Assembly: GCA_030649945.1 (NCBI GenBank)
Contig: JAUSFE010000083.1
Location: forward strand, 5,194 to 69,193
Direction of reading: 5' to 3'
DNA: 64,000 nucleotides
Origin: Dehalococcoidia bacterium
Lineage (GTDB): Bacteria; Chloroflexota; Dehalococcoidia; SM23-28-2; RBG-16-64-32
Shown one piece after another: positions 1 to 7,894 of the stretch. A program made the position numbers and the translations under genes. Below the pieces are notes generated by a model. That model was not told the DNA's origin, did not search any database, and saw only the letters and a list, made by a program, of their open reading frames with translations. The stretch's first letter is position 1, and each line of letters begins with the position of its first letter.

Positions 1-2370
1 ACCACCTGCGTCCACGAAGTTCGTTGGCCTGTTCCCCGTGTACGCGTACCCGTTGCCGAGGGTGACCGGATCACCCCACACTCCGAGCGGGTCGCGGCTG
101 ATGAAGCGCCCGCTCACCGGGTCCTGGTAGCGCGCCTGCCAGTAGTAGAGGCCGCTCTCGGCATCCAGGCGGCGGCCGGTGAACAGGTAGGGGTTGGCGG
201 TGCCGTTGCCGCCGACCGTGACGGCGTCGTCGCCGCCGAAGTCCACGACGCCGTTGGCGCCGGATGTGTAGCTGACCGGCCGCCCGTAGGCCTCGTACTG
301 GTAGCCTCCGAGCCTGCGGGCGCCGCCGGCCGCGGGACAGCCGTCGTTGACGATCGTGTCGCCGTCGTCGTCCACTGCGTTGACGCATTGCGCGCCGGCT
401 TCCGGCGGCCCGGACGCCGCACAGCCGTCGTTGACCGTCCCGTCGCCGTCGTCGTCGGCAGCGTTAGCGCACTCCCCGCCCCGTTCCGTGCGGGTGCTGA
501 GGGCGAACACCGAGCCGAGCGTGTTCTGGTGGTAGAAAAGCCGGTCGTCGCCGGTGCCGATAGCGCTGTCGCCGCCGCCCAGGTTGCGGTCCAGCACCAG
601 CGGCTCGTCGATGGAGGCCCCGTACACGTATTGCTGCACCAGCGCGTCCGATACGTTCCGCTCCTCGATCTCCTGCCAGCCGTCCAGGTAGAAGTCGGTC
701 GTGCCGTTGAGGCCGCCGGAGTTCGTGACCACCTTGCGGGCGCGCCGGCCGGCGGCGTCGTAGGAGTATGTGCCGAGGAGGGCGCTGTCGCTCTTCCTTC
801 TGACCTCGCGCAGCCGGTTCTGGTAGTCCCAGGTCATCAGCAGCTTGCCGTCGTCCGTCTCGTTGCCGTTGTTGTCCGAGAGGACTGTGAGCGATGCGCT
901 CGGGTTGCGGCTGATGATCTCGTTGAACGAGGAGTCCTCGCGGGTCTCGGTGACGGGGCCGCCGCTCTCCGTGCTTAGCACCTCGTCCCAGTTCCCGGCG
1001 CCGTCCAGCTTCCAGTTGTCGTGCAGCGGCGTGACGGCGCCACCGCCGGCGCGGTCGAAGTTGAGCAGGCGGTCGCCGGAGTCGTAGCCGTAGGCCTCGT
1101 TGTTGGCCGCGTTGTGCAGCTTCGTCTCGCCCTGCTTGTTGTTCGCCCGGTCGTAGGTGTGGGTGAAGCCGACGATGAGCGGGGAGCAATCGGGGTCGGC
1201 GGCGTCGGTGAACCCATCGGGGCCGTTGTCTATCGCGTCGGCGCAGGTCCCGGGACCAGCGCCGTCCTCGCGATCGCCGGGGGCGGCGCGTAGCTCCTGC
1301 TTCTCGACGGCCCTGCCGAGACCGTCGTAGCCAACGTCCGTGGTGCCCGCGTAGCTGTCCAGGTACGTCTCGCGGCTGGCATTCATGGGATACGATCGCT
1401 GGAGCACGCGGCCCGCGCCGATGTAGTCGTAGTCAACGATATCCTGGGCGGCGCCGGTGTCCTTCAACGTGTTCAGCCGATCGAGGGTGTCGTAGGTGGA
1501 GTCGAGTTCGCGGCTGAAGGCGCCGGTCTGCGGGTAGGTCAGCTTGGCGCGCAGGTTCTCGGCCCGCCAGGAGGAGGACACGGCCCTGGCCGCCAGCGCA
1601 CCGATCTGCTGCGTCTCCTCGATGGCGCGGCTCCGACTGTCGTATGCATACGTGATGATCGAGTCGTCGCTTGTGGGCGACGGCTCGTTGTTGTCCGTGG
1701 CGCGGGTCATGCGGGAGCGGCCGTCGTACTGGTAGGTCGTCGCCGTCGTCCCCACGACGCCGGCGCCGCGGGTGACCGCGCAGGAGGTCCCGCGGTCGAT
1801 GGCGTCGAAGGCGCAGGCGGTGACGGAGGTGTTCTCATCGGTCACCTGCACGACGTTGTCGTCGCGGTCGTACCCGTAGGTGATCGTAGTGTCGGGGTCG
1901 TCGCGGCCGGCCAGGGCCGGCGCCACGACGATCCCCTTGGTCTCGGTCCGGCTGCGGTTGAGGTTGTCGTAGCTGTACTGGGTCTGGTTGCCCAGGTCGT
2001 CCGTGAGGCTGGCCTGGAGGGAGTTCTGGTCCCAGGCGTAGTCGAACCCACTCCAGTCGCGGACGCCGCCCGTAGTCGCGAGCGGCTGGAAGAACCACGA
2101 CCGGAAGACATTCTTGTTCGCGCCTATCGCCGTCAGCGCGTCATCCAGCGCGCTGCCCGAGCGCATCTGGTACCAGCACCAACCGTCGCTGTTGGCGTTG
2201 TAGATGTTCAGGCCGGTGAACTGGTACGGCTGGCCGTCAACCAGCAGCTGCGTGCCGCTGCGCGTGACGAACCCCGGCGGAGCCGAGGCAGCGGGCAGCA
2301 CGCCGGCGACTATCGCCAGCGCCAATGCGGCGACCAGAAGACCAAGAAGGCGGCCCGCCAAGTGCCCCAC
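1..2370 (-). CDS. RHS/YD-repeat protein, partial (C-terminal tip lies outside the window)
   Basis: Hand translation of the minus frame from GTG 2370 (GGGAGG just upstream, in-frame TAA at 2398-2400). It shows a signal-like LLGLLVAALALAIVAGVLPAASA, many YD units (YSYDNLNRSRTE, YGYDRDDNVVQV, YAYDSRSRAIEE, YSYDAAGRRARK) and an RHS core end PYLFTGRRLDAESGLYYWQARYQDPVSGRFISRDPLG. The frame stays open to position 1. No competing same-frame ORF is in the track. Confidence 0.85.
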   Translation of the reverse strand, partial: MGHLAGRLLGLLVAALALAIVAGVLPAASAPPGFVTRSGTQLLVDGQPYQFTGLNIYNANSDGWCWYQMRSGSALDDALTAIGANKNVFRSWFFQPLATTGGVRDWSGFDYAWDQNSLQASLTDDLGNQTQYSYDNLNRSRTETKGIVVAPALAGRDDPDTTITYGYDRDDNVVQVTDENTSVTACAFDAIDRGTSCAVTRGAGVVGTTATTYQYDGRSRMTRATDNNEPSPTSDDSIITYAYDSRSRAIEETQQIGALAARAVSSSWRAENLRAKLTYPQTGAFSRELDSTYDTLDRLNTLKDTGAAQDIVDYDYIGAGRVLQRSYPMNASRETYLDSYAGTTDVGYDGLGRAVEKQELRAAPGDREDGAGPGTCADAIDNGPDGFTDAADPDCSPLIVGFTHTYDRANNKQGETKLHNAANNEAYGYDSGDRLLNFDRAGGGAVTPLHDNWKLDGAGNWDEVLSTESGGPVTETREDSSFNEIISRNPSASLTVLSDNNGNETDDGKLLMTWDYQNRLREVRRKSDSALLGTYSYDAAGRRARKVVTNSGGLNGTTDFYLDGWQEIEERNVSDALVQQYVYGASIDEPLVLDRNLGGGDSAIGTGDDRLFYHQNTLGSVFALSTRTERGGECANAADDDGDGTVNDGCAASGPPEAGAQCVNAVDDDGDTIVNDGCPAAGGARRLGGYQYEAYGRPVSYTSGANGVVDFGGDDAVTVGGNGTANPYLFTGRRLDAESGLYYWQARYQDPVSGRFISRDPLGVWGDPVTLGNGYAYTGNRPTNFVDAGG

Positions 2371-2450
2371 GCACCTCCCTTGCGGATAATGCAGCCATTA
2401 TACCCCTGCGGGAATGTCGCAGACGGCGACGCCACTCGGGGCGGGGGGCA

Positions 2451-2492
2451 CTATCAACTATCAACTATCAACTATCAACTATCAACTATCCA
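2451..2492. repeat. Heptanucleotide tandem repeat: CTATCAA x5 plus one CTATCCA
   Basis: Read directly. Units start at 2451, 2458, 2465, 2472, 2479 and 2486. The array lies between the ACAD stop (2546) and the RHS start (2370). Confidence 0.95.
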
Positions 2493-2545
2493 CTTCCTCA
2501 CGGCGTGCAGGTCAGGTTGAAGAACGGGATGAACATAGCCCTCCC

Positions 2546-3739
2546 CTACGCCCGCGGCAGGCCCAGACCCCGCTGCGCGACGATGTTGCGCTGGATCTCG
2601 CTCGTCCCTCCAGCGATCGTCTGGCCCAGCCTCACCATGTAAGTCAACGCAAACTGACCCCGCAGGCGCGCCCACTTCTTCGACTCGGACCGCACCGGCC
2701 CGTACAGTCCCATAATCTGAACGCCGGCATTCGCCACCCTCTGCGACAGCTCCGAGAGGTACACCTTCGCCACGGACGACTCCGCGTTCGGCACCTCGCC
2801 CCGCGCCTGCATCGAGGCCACACGGTAGGAGAGGAAACGCCCGACCTCGGTCTCGATCATCAGGTCAGCGAGCAGGTGGCGCACGCGCGCGGAGCCTGCC
2901 CTGAGCCCAGTCGAAGGGGCCGCGCCGTTGCCAGACGTCTCCCGCCAGTAGCCCACGAGGTCGTTCAGCGCCCGCCGCGACTGCGCGGAGCTGCCGATGC
3001 CCGAGCGCTCGAAGTCCAGCAGCGCCGCGCCCACGTACCAGCCCCGGTTCTCGTCGCCCACGATGTTCTTCGCCGGCACACGCAGGTCCTCGAAGAACAC
3101 CTCGTTGAATCCGTGCAGGTCCGCCAGGTTGATCAGCGGCCGGTGGCTGATGCCGGGCGCCCGCATCGGCGTCAGGAAGAACGAGATGCCCTTGTGCTTC
3201 GGCGCCTCCTGGTCCGTCCGCGCCAGCAGGAACATCCAGTCCGCCCGGTGCGCGTTCGAGGTCCAGATCTTCTGTCCGTTGATCACGTAGTCGTCGCCGT
3301 CGCGCACCGCGCGCGTCTGCAGCGACGCCAGGTCGGACCCCGACCCCGGCTCAGAGTAGCCCTGGCACCACGTCACCTCGCCCGAGGCGATGCCCGGCAG
3401 GTGCTGGCCCTTCTGCTCATCCGTGCCGTACATCATGAGCACCGGCCCCAGCATGTTGACACCGAAGATGTCCAGCAGGGGGGCGCGGTGGTAGGCCATC
3501 TCCTCGCGCATGATCACCTGCTCCAGGATCCCCATGTCGGCGCCACCGTATTGCCTGGGCCAGTGCGGCACCAGCCAGCCGCGCGCCGCCAGCTTCTTGT
3601 GGAACTGTCGCCGGAACCGCCAGTCCTCCTCGCTGTCTGCCTCCTCGTCCTGTTCCCTGTCCTCTGGCAGTTCCTTGCGCAGGAACTCCCGCACCTCCAC
3701 ACGGAACGCTTCCTGTTCCTGGCTGAACCTGTAGTCCAT
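2546..3739 (-). CDS. acyl-CoA dehydrogenase family protein (paralog 1)
   Basis: 397 aa ORF. N-terminus is MDYRFSQEQEAFRVEV and C-terminus is IAGGTSEIQRNIVAQRGLGLPR. It is clearly paralogous to the ORFs at 9590 and 10878. AAGGAG lies before the ATG. Confidence 0.9.
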   Translation of the reverse strand: MDYRFSQEQEAFRVEVREFLRKELPEDREQDEEADSEEDWRFRRQFHKKLAARGWLVPHWPRQYGGADMGILEQVIMREEMAYHRAPLLDIFGVNMLGPVLMMYGTDEQKGQHLPGIASGEVTWCQGYSEPGSGSDLASLQTRAVRDGDDYVINGQKIWTSNAHRADWMFLLARTDQEAPKHKGISFFLTPMRAPGISHRPLINLADLHGFNEVFFEDLRVPAKNIVGDENRGWYVGAALLDFERSGIGSSAQSRRALNDLVGYWRETSGNGAAPSTGLRAGSARVRHLLADLMIETEVGRFLSYRVASMQARGEVPNAESSVAKVYLSELSQRVANAGVQIMGLYGPVRSESKKWARLRGQFALTYMVRLGQTIAGGTSEIQRNIVAQRGLGLPRA

Positions 3740-3919
3740 GGCGTACTCCTTGCGACTCTCCTTCAGTGAGACGGGCTGCCGCCTGCCGGTGGCGGCCCCA
3801 TTCTACTACGGCGCTGCCAACGGCGGCACAGCCTGTCACAAGGTGGACGCTCTTACCAAATAAGACACAAAGACAGAAAGCCACAAGAGGATTCTGTCCG
3901 GTCCCACTCCATCACGAAA

Positions 3920-3957
3920 CATCTGCGTCCATCCGCGCCCCATCCGCGTCATCTGCG
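3920..3957. promoter_or_regulatory. Four phased CATCYGCG boxes (reverse complement CGCRGATG) in a divergent promoter region
   Basis: Boxes at 3920, 3930, 3941 and 3950, spaced 10, 11 and 9 bp, between the divergent ACAD (start 3739) and ccr (start 4020). Confidence 0.35.
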
Positions 3958-4019
3958 GCTAATCCCCCACTCGCCGCTGTGCTAATCTTTGCCATAGCCC
4001 CAACTGCAGGAGGACGCCC

Positions 4020-5270
4020 GTGGTTTCCGTGAAGGACCTCTACGAGATCGGCGAGATACCGGCCATCGGCGAAGTGCCGAGGTATATGTACGCCCAGGTC
4101 ATCCGGCCGGAGCGCTTCGGCGAGCCTGTGAACGCCTTCCAGACGGAGAAGGTGGAGACGCCGGCGGACCTGAAGCCCAACGAGGCGCTGGTGCTGGTGA
4201 TGGCCGCCGGCATCAACTACAACAACGTCTGGGCCGCCCTCGGCATCCCGCTCAACGTCATCAAGGCCCGCGAGCGCGAGGGCGATACCACCGGATTCCA
4301 CATCGGCGGCAGCGACGCCTCCGGCATCGTCTACAAGACCGGCAGCGCCGTCACGAACGTGAAGGTGGGCGACCGCGTGGTCATCCACTGCGGCATGTGG
4401 GACGAGGACGACCCGCTGGTGAAGGCCGGGAACGACCCCATGTTCAGCCCGAGCTTCAGGATCTGGGGTTACGAGTCCAACTGGGGCTCCTTCGCCCAGT
4501 TCACGAAGGTGCAGGCCCACCAGTGCCTGCCCAAGGCCCCGCGCCTGACGTGGGAGGAGGCCGCGGCCCCCATGCTCGTCGGCGCCACCGCCTATCGCAT
4601 GCTGCGCGCCTGGCCCCCGCACACGGCCGGGAAGGGGGACGTGGTGCTGGTCTGGGGGGGCTCCGGCGGCCTGGGCTCCATGGCGATCCAGATCGCGCGG
4701 GAGTTCGGCGCCATCCCCGTTGCCGTCGTCTCCAGCGAGGAGAAGTTCGAGTTCTGCCTGAAGCTGGGCGCGAAGGGCTGCATCAACCGCAAGGAGTTCG
4801 ATCACTGGGGCATGCCGCCGCACTGGACGGACACGGAGGCCTACAACCGCTGGGTGCAGGGCGCCCGCGCCTTCGGCGGCAAGCTCTGGGAGGTCCTGGG
4901 CGAGCGCCGCAACCCGCGCATCGTCTTCGACCACCCCGGCGAGGACACCATCCCCACGTCCATCTTCGTCTGCGATACGGGCGGCATGGTGGTGATCTGC
5001 GCCGGCACCAGCGGCTACAGCGCCGTCGTGGACCTGCGCTACCTGTGGATGCGCCAGAAGCGGCTCCAGGGCTCCCACTTCGCGAACGACGAGCAGGCGG
5101 GGGCGTTCAACCAGATGGTCATCGACGGCCGCATCGACCCCTGCCTGGGCGAGACGTACACCTTCGAGCAGATAGGCCACTGCCACCAGCTGATGTCCCA
5201 GGGCAAGCAGCCGCCGGGGGTGATGGCGGCCCTGGTGAGCGCGCCGCGGGCGGGGCTGCGGGACCTCTAG
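4020..5270 (+). CDS. ccr: crotonyl-CoA carboxylase/reductase-like enoyl reductase (MDR superfamily)
   Basis: 416 aa. The N-terminus [33 protein letters not shown]...[19 protein letters not shown] matches the Ccr family as I remember it. GTG start sits 5 nt after GGAGGA. Confidence 0.8.
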   Translation: MVSVKDLYEIGEIPAIGEVPRYMYAQVIRPERFGEPVNAFQTEKVETPADLKPNEALVLVMAAGINYNNVWAALGIPLNVIKAREREGDTTGFHIGGSDASGIVYKTGSAVTNVKVGDRVVIHCGMWDEDDPLVKAGNDPMFSPSFRIWGYESNWGSFAQFTKVQAHQCLPKAPRLTWEEAAAPMLVGATAYRMLRAWPPHTAGKGDVVLVWGGSGGLGSMAIQIAREFGAIPVAVVSSEEKFEFCLKLGAKGCINRKEFDHWGMPPHWTDTEAYNRWVQGARAFGGKLWEVLGERRNPRIVFDHPGEDTIPTSIFVCDTGGMVVICAGTSGYSAVVDLRYLWMRQKRLQGSHFANDEQAGAFNQMVIDGRIDPCLGETYTFEQIGHCHQLMSQGKQPPGVMAALVSAPRAGLRDL

Positions 5271-5285
5271 GCGAGATTCCCGTAG

Positions 5286-5307
5286 GGAGGTACCTTCAGG
5301 TGCCTCC
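5286..5307 (+). terminator. Hairpin GGAGGTACC-TTCA-GGTGCCTCC just after the ccr stop
   Basis: 9-bp stem with one G-T wobble and a 4-nt loop, 16 nt after the stop at 5270. There is no T tract, so terminator function is uncertain. Confidence 0.35.
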
Positions 5308-5333
5308 AACCGGGGCGGGGCGGGGCTGCTACC

Positions 5334-5440
5334 GTTTGGTTGTTTCGCGGCGGTGGTATCTGGCGTTTGGTTGTTTTCCCGATTTTGTTTCGCTTTGGGG
5401 GCGGTTTGTATTTGCGTCCGGCGGTTTTGTTTGGTTGTTT
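5334..5440. repeat. Three perfect GTTTGGTTGTTT 12-mers in a G+T-skewed tract
   Basis: Copies at 5334-5345, 5365-5376 and 5429-5440, plus a degenerate GGTTTGTATTT near 5403. The surrounding ~120 nt has almost no A on the plus strand. Confidence 0.9.
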
Positions 5441-5550
5441 TTTCTGCGGTGACGCAGGGCGCGCGTAAGAGGTGGCTGAGACGAGGATAGCGGTTGTGGT
5501 GGGGAGCTGGGAGGGGTAAATGGCAATGGGGGTGAGCTCGGGTCCCAAGG

Positions 5551-5595
5551 TTGACGCAAAGGCCGGACAGTGCCAGTATGCTAATCAGCGGATTA
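5551..5595 (+). promoter_or_regulatory. Promoter-like TTGACG-17-CAGTAT plus inverted half-sites TAATC-N4-GATTA upstream of the XRE gene
   Basis: TTGACG at 5551-5556, CAGTAT at 5574-5579, TAATCAGCGGATTA at 5582-5595. The 20-nt box at 5576-5595 is 16/20 identical to 6662-6681. Confidence 0.35.
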
Positions 5596-5609
5596 TCGGA
5601 AGGAGGCGT

Positions 5610-5924
5610 ATGTCACTCGGAAGAGTCATACGGGAGAGGCGCAAGGAACTTGGGATGAGTCAAAAGCAGCTGGCGGAAAAGTTGCTGAAGGAGGATGGCG
5701 AGCCAATCTCGCCTCAGTACCTTAACGACATAGAGCTGGAACGGCGAGCGGCACCGGAATATATCCTCGATCAGCTGTCCAGAATCCTTAGGTTGCCCCG
5801 TGATCACCTATACCTCTTGGCAGGTCAGTTCCCGCCCGATGTGCGTCCGAAAACGTATGACGCTCCACGCTTTCAGCGCGCGTTCCAGGCGTTCCGGAAG
5901 GCATGGAAGAAGCGCGATGGTTAG
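5610..5924 (+). CDS. XRE-family helix-turn-helix transcriptional regulator (CapH-like)
   Basis: MSLGRVIRERRKELGMSQKQLAEKLL is a typical HTH_3 N-terminus. I chose ATG 5610 because GGAAGGAGG lies 3 nt upstream. The track ORF starts earlier, at 5520. Confidence 0.85.
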   Translation: MSLGRVIRERRKELGMSQKQLAEKLLKEDGEPISPQYLNDIELERRAAPEYILDQLSRILRLPRDHLYLLAGQFPPDVRPKTYDAPRFQRAFQAFRKAWKKRDG

Positions 5925-6636
5925 GTGGGTGAAGGATACGACCGGCAGGTTCCCTGAACGACCACACTATGATCCGAGGGAGTTGGATGCCGACTGCGAG
6001 GGCTACATTGAAGCGTTTCTGAGGCGACGGCACGGCACAGTGTCCTACCCGATTGATACGGAGGACTTGACCGTGCTGTTGGAGGACGTTGTAGACGCAC
6101 TCGACCAGTACGCAGATCTGTCGGAGTATGGGGACGAGATACACGGCGTTACGGAGTTCCACATTCGGGGCAAGCCGGTAGTACGGATTTCAAAGGATCT
6201 AACGATAGAAGGATACCGAAGCAACCGCCTACGAACCACTCTGACTCATGAGTTAGGGCACGTACGTTACCACAATTTCCTTTGGAAGATGGTGGGCCGA
6301 AGGATGACGGCAACGGTTCTCCGCTCGGCTTCTCCTCGCTGTCACCGCAGCGCGATCGTATCCGCCAGCCAGGGAGACTGGATGGAATGGCAGGCGGCTT
6401 ATGCCTGCGGCGCATTCCTCATGCCGAAGACCGCAGTTGTGTCTGTAATAGAGCACCTGCTTGGCACGACGAGCTTTAAGCCAATCTTTGCCGAGAGTGT
6501 TGAAGGCCGACAGGCCGTAGGGGCGATCCACGAAGCGTTCCAGGTGTCGGAGGAGGCTGCGCGCGTCCGGCTTTATCGGCTGACGCTAGTCACGCCCGGC
6601 GAGCCAGTTGCAACATTGTTCGATTCTGGGCCGTAA
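5917..6636 (+). CDS. ImmA/IrrE-family zinc metallopeptidase (CapP-like)
   Basis: HELGH (HExxH) within LRTTLTHELGHVRYHNF. ATG 5917 overlaps the XRE stop (ATGGTTAG). The ORF at 5800 extends upstream in the same frame. Confidence 0.8.
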   Translation: MVRWVKDTTGRFPERPHYDPRELDADCEGYIEAFLRRRHGTVSYPIDTEDLTVLLEDVVDALDQYADLSEYGDEIHGVTEFHIRGKPVVRISKDLTIEGYRSNRLRTTLTHELGHVRYHNFLWKMVGRRMTATVLRSASPRCHRSAIVSASQGDWMEWQAAYACGAFLMPKTAVVSVIEHLLGTTSFKPIFAESVEGRQAVGAIHEAFQVSEEAARVRLYRLTLVTPGEPVATLFDSGP

Positions 6637-6639
6637 GCG

Positions 6640-6689
6640 TTGCAATTTTTTTTCGCATGCGGTATGCTTATCGGCGGATACGCGGATTA
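6640..6689 (+). promoter_or_regulatory. Promoter-like TTGCAA-17-TATGCT plus TTATC-N4-GATA and GGATTA half-sites upstream of the Ubl gene
   Basis: TTGCAA at 6640-6645, 17-nt spacer, TATGCT at 6663-6668. The box at 6662-6681 resembles 5576-5595. Confidence 0.4.
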
Positions 6690-6705
6690 CCAGAGAGGAG
6701 GGACC

Positions 6706-6984
6706 ATGAGAAGTCAAACCACCGACCAGGCAGGCGAAGGAATGGAGAAACCCATGAAGAAGGCGAAGTACCAAGTGGACATCGAGGGCACGCTCTATGA
6801 CTGGGATGCGGCCACCATAACAGTTCCGCAGATCCGCGAGCTCGGCGGGCTGCCCGAAGAATTGCCGGTACTAGAGATCGACCTGAAGACGAACGAGCAG
6901 CGGCAGCTGGCGGAGGATGAGATTATCAACGTTAAGCCTGGTGTGGGCTTTTCAAAGAAAGTCCGATGGGCGCGGGGCTGCTAG
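6706..6984 (+). CDS. ubiquitin-like beta-grasp protein (multiubiquitin-type, BilA-like)
   Basis: KYQVDIEGTLYDWDAATITVPQIRELGG...IINVKPGVGF resembles the Multiubiquitin (PF14452) family as I recall it. ATG 6706 follows GAGGAGGG. The protein ends ...RWARGC. Start is uncertain (6640, 6742 and 6754 are also possible). Confidence 0.65.
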   Translation: MRSQTTDQAGEGMEKPMKKAKYQVDIEGTLYDWDAATITVPQIRELGGLPEELPVLEIDLKTNEQRQLAEDEIINVKPGVGFSKKVRWARGC

Positions 6985-7370
6985 AGGAACGCCTAGCGAA
7001 GGAACTCGCGCTTCTTCGATCCCGGTTCCCGGACACCGGGTACCGGGAAGACGGACATTGGTTCCTTCTCGCAAAGTACCCGGGACCACCAGCTGTTTGG
7101 ACGAATCCCGCGCCAGACATATGCTTCCAGGTCTCGACAGGTTACCCCGGACAGAAGCCGTATGCCTTCTATATCAGACAGCCGTTCGAGTTGATGACTG
7201 GTGGTGAGGTAAGAAACACGACACCGTCGGCCGAGCCGCCGTACGAGGGAGTGTGGGTGAAGTTCTCGTGGGACATACCGGATTGGCGCGCGACGGACGA
7301 TCTGACTGGTGCTTGCAACCTGCTGAATTGGGCGCTCAGCTTTCGTGCGCGACTGGAGGAGGGGGGGTGA
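6966..7370 (+). CDS. prokaryotic E2/UBC-like protein (family E type, BilB-like)
   Basis: 134 aa. LAKELALLRSRFPD...STGYPGQKPYAFYI...FSWDIPDWRATDDL..NLLNWA fits the E2/UBC family protein pattern. It overlaps the Ubl gene by 19 nt. Confidence 0.7.
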   Translation: MGAGLLEERLAKELALLRSRFPDTGYREDGHWFLLAKYPGPPAVWTNPAPDICFQVSTGYPGQKPYAFYIRQPFELMTGGEVRNTTPSAEPPYEGVWVKFSWDIPDWRATDDLTGACNLLNWALSFRARLEEGG

Positions 7371-7894
7371 TCATCCGGACCATTCTTCAAATCTCGACGT
7401 GCATGCATGAACGGCTTTGGGGTCATTTACTCCGTGGAGGTCGAGAGCAGGCGGCGTTCATCCTCGCCCACGTTGAAAGGAATCCCAACGGAGTGCGGAT
7501 GGTTGGCCGTCAGGGGTACCTTGTACCGCCCGAGGACTTTCAGAACCATTCGTGGTACCACGTGGCGCTGACCGACGAGGCCCAGCAGCGAATTCTACAG
7601 TCGGCGTGGACCGCTGGATGCGCCCTCGTTGAGCTTCACGCCCATTTGGGTAGCTGGCCTGCGGCGTTTTCCGCAACCGATATGGAGGGCCTTCTTGAGT
7701 TTGCGCCCCACGCCGCATGGCGTCTTAGGCAACCGTACCTGGCGCTAGTTGTGACTCCAAACGGCTTTGATGCGCTATTTTGGGCGTCCAAGGACGCTTC
7801 GCCCGGGGCTCTAGAAGAGATGCGCGTAGACGATCAGGTGTTCCGTCCGACGGGCCGGACTTTCACAGCAATGGAGAAGATGGCAAGTGAGTGA
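7367..7894 (+). CDS. JAB/JAMM (MPN+) metalloisopeptidase (BilC-like)
   Basis: The upstream Glu (GGREQAAFIL) and ELHAHLGSWPAAFSATD match the JAMM E...HxH...SxxD signature. GTG 7367 overlaps the E2 stop (GTGA) and follows GGAGGAGGGGGG. Confidence 0.85.
   Translation: MIIRTILQISTCMHERLWGHLLRGGREQAAFILAHVERNPNGVRMVGRQGYLVPPEDFQNHSWYHVALTDEAQQRILQSAWTAGCALVELHAHLGSWPAAFSATDMEGLLEFAPHAAWRLRQPYLALVVTPNGFDALFWASKDASPGALEEMRVDDQVFRPTGRTFTAMEKMASE

Noticed and set aside
71-2111. Multiple 60-240 aa ORFs on both strands within 71-2111 in the track
   Set aside because: The third minus frame is open across the whole region and encodes canonical YD/RHS repeats. The listed ORFs are out-of-frame artefacts.
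2414-5309. Long ORFs 2414-3769 (+, 451 aa) and 3912-5309 (-, 465 aa), antisense to the ACAD and ccr genes
   Set aside because: Their translations are Arg/Ala/Pro/Gly-rich low-complexity strings with no recognisable motifs. They exactly shadow genes with strong family signatures on the other strand, which is a typical high-GC artefact.
5267-5559. ORFs 5267-5548 (-) and 5329-5559 (-), and the 5520 start of the XRE ORF
   Set aside because: The minus-strand ORFs translate the GT-rich repeat tract into Pro/Lys/Asn low-complexity sequence. The XRE HTH begins at ATG 5610, which has a strong SD.
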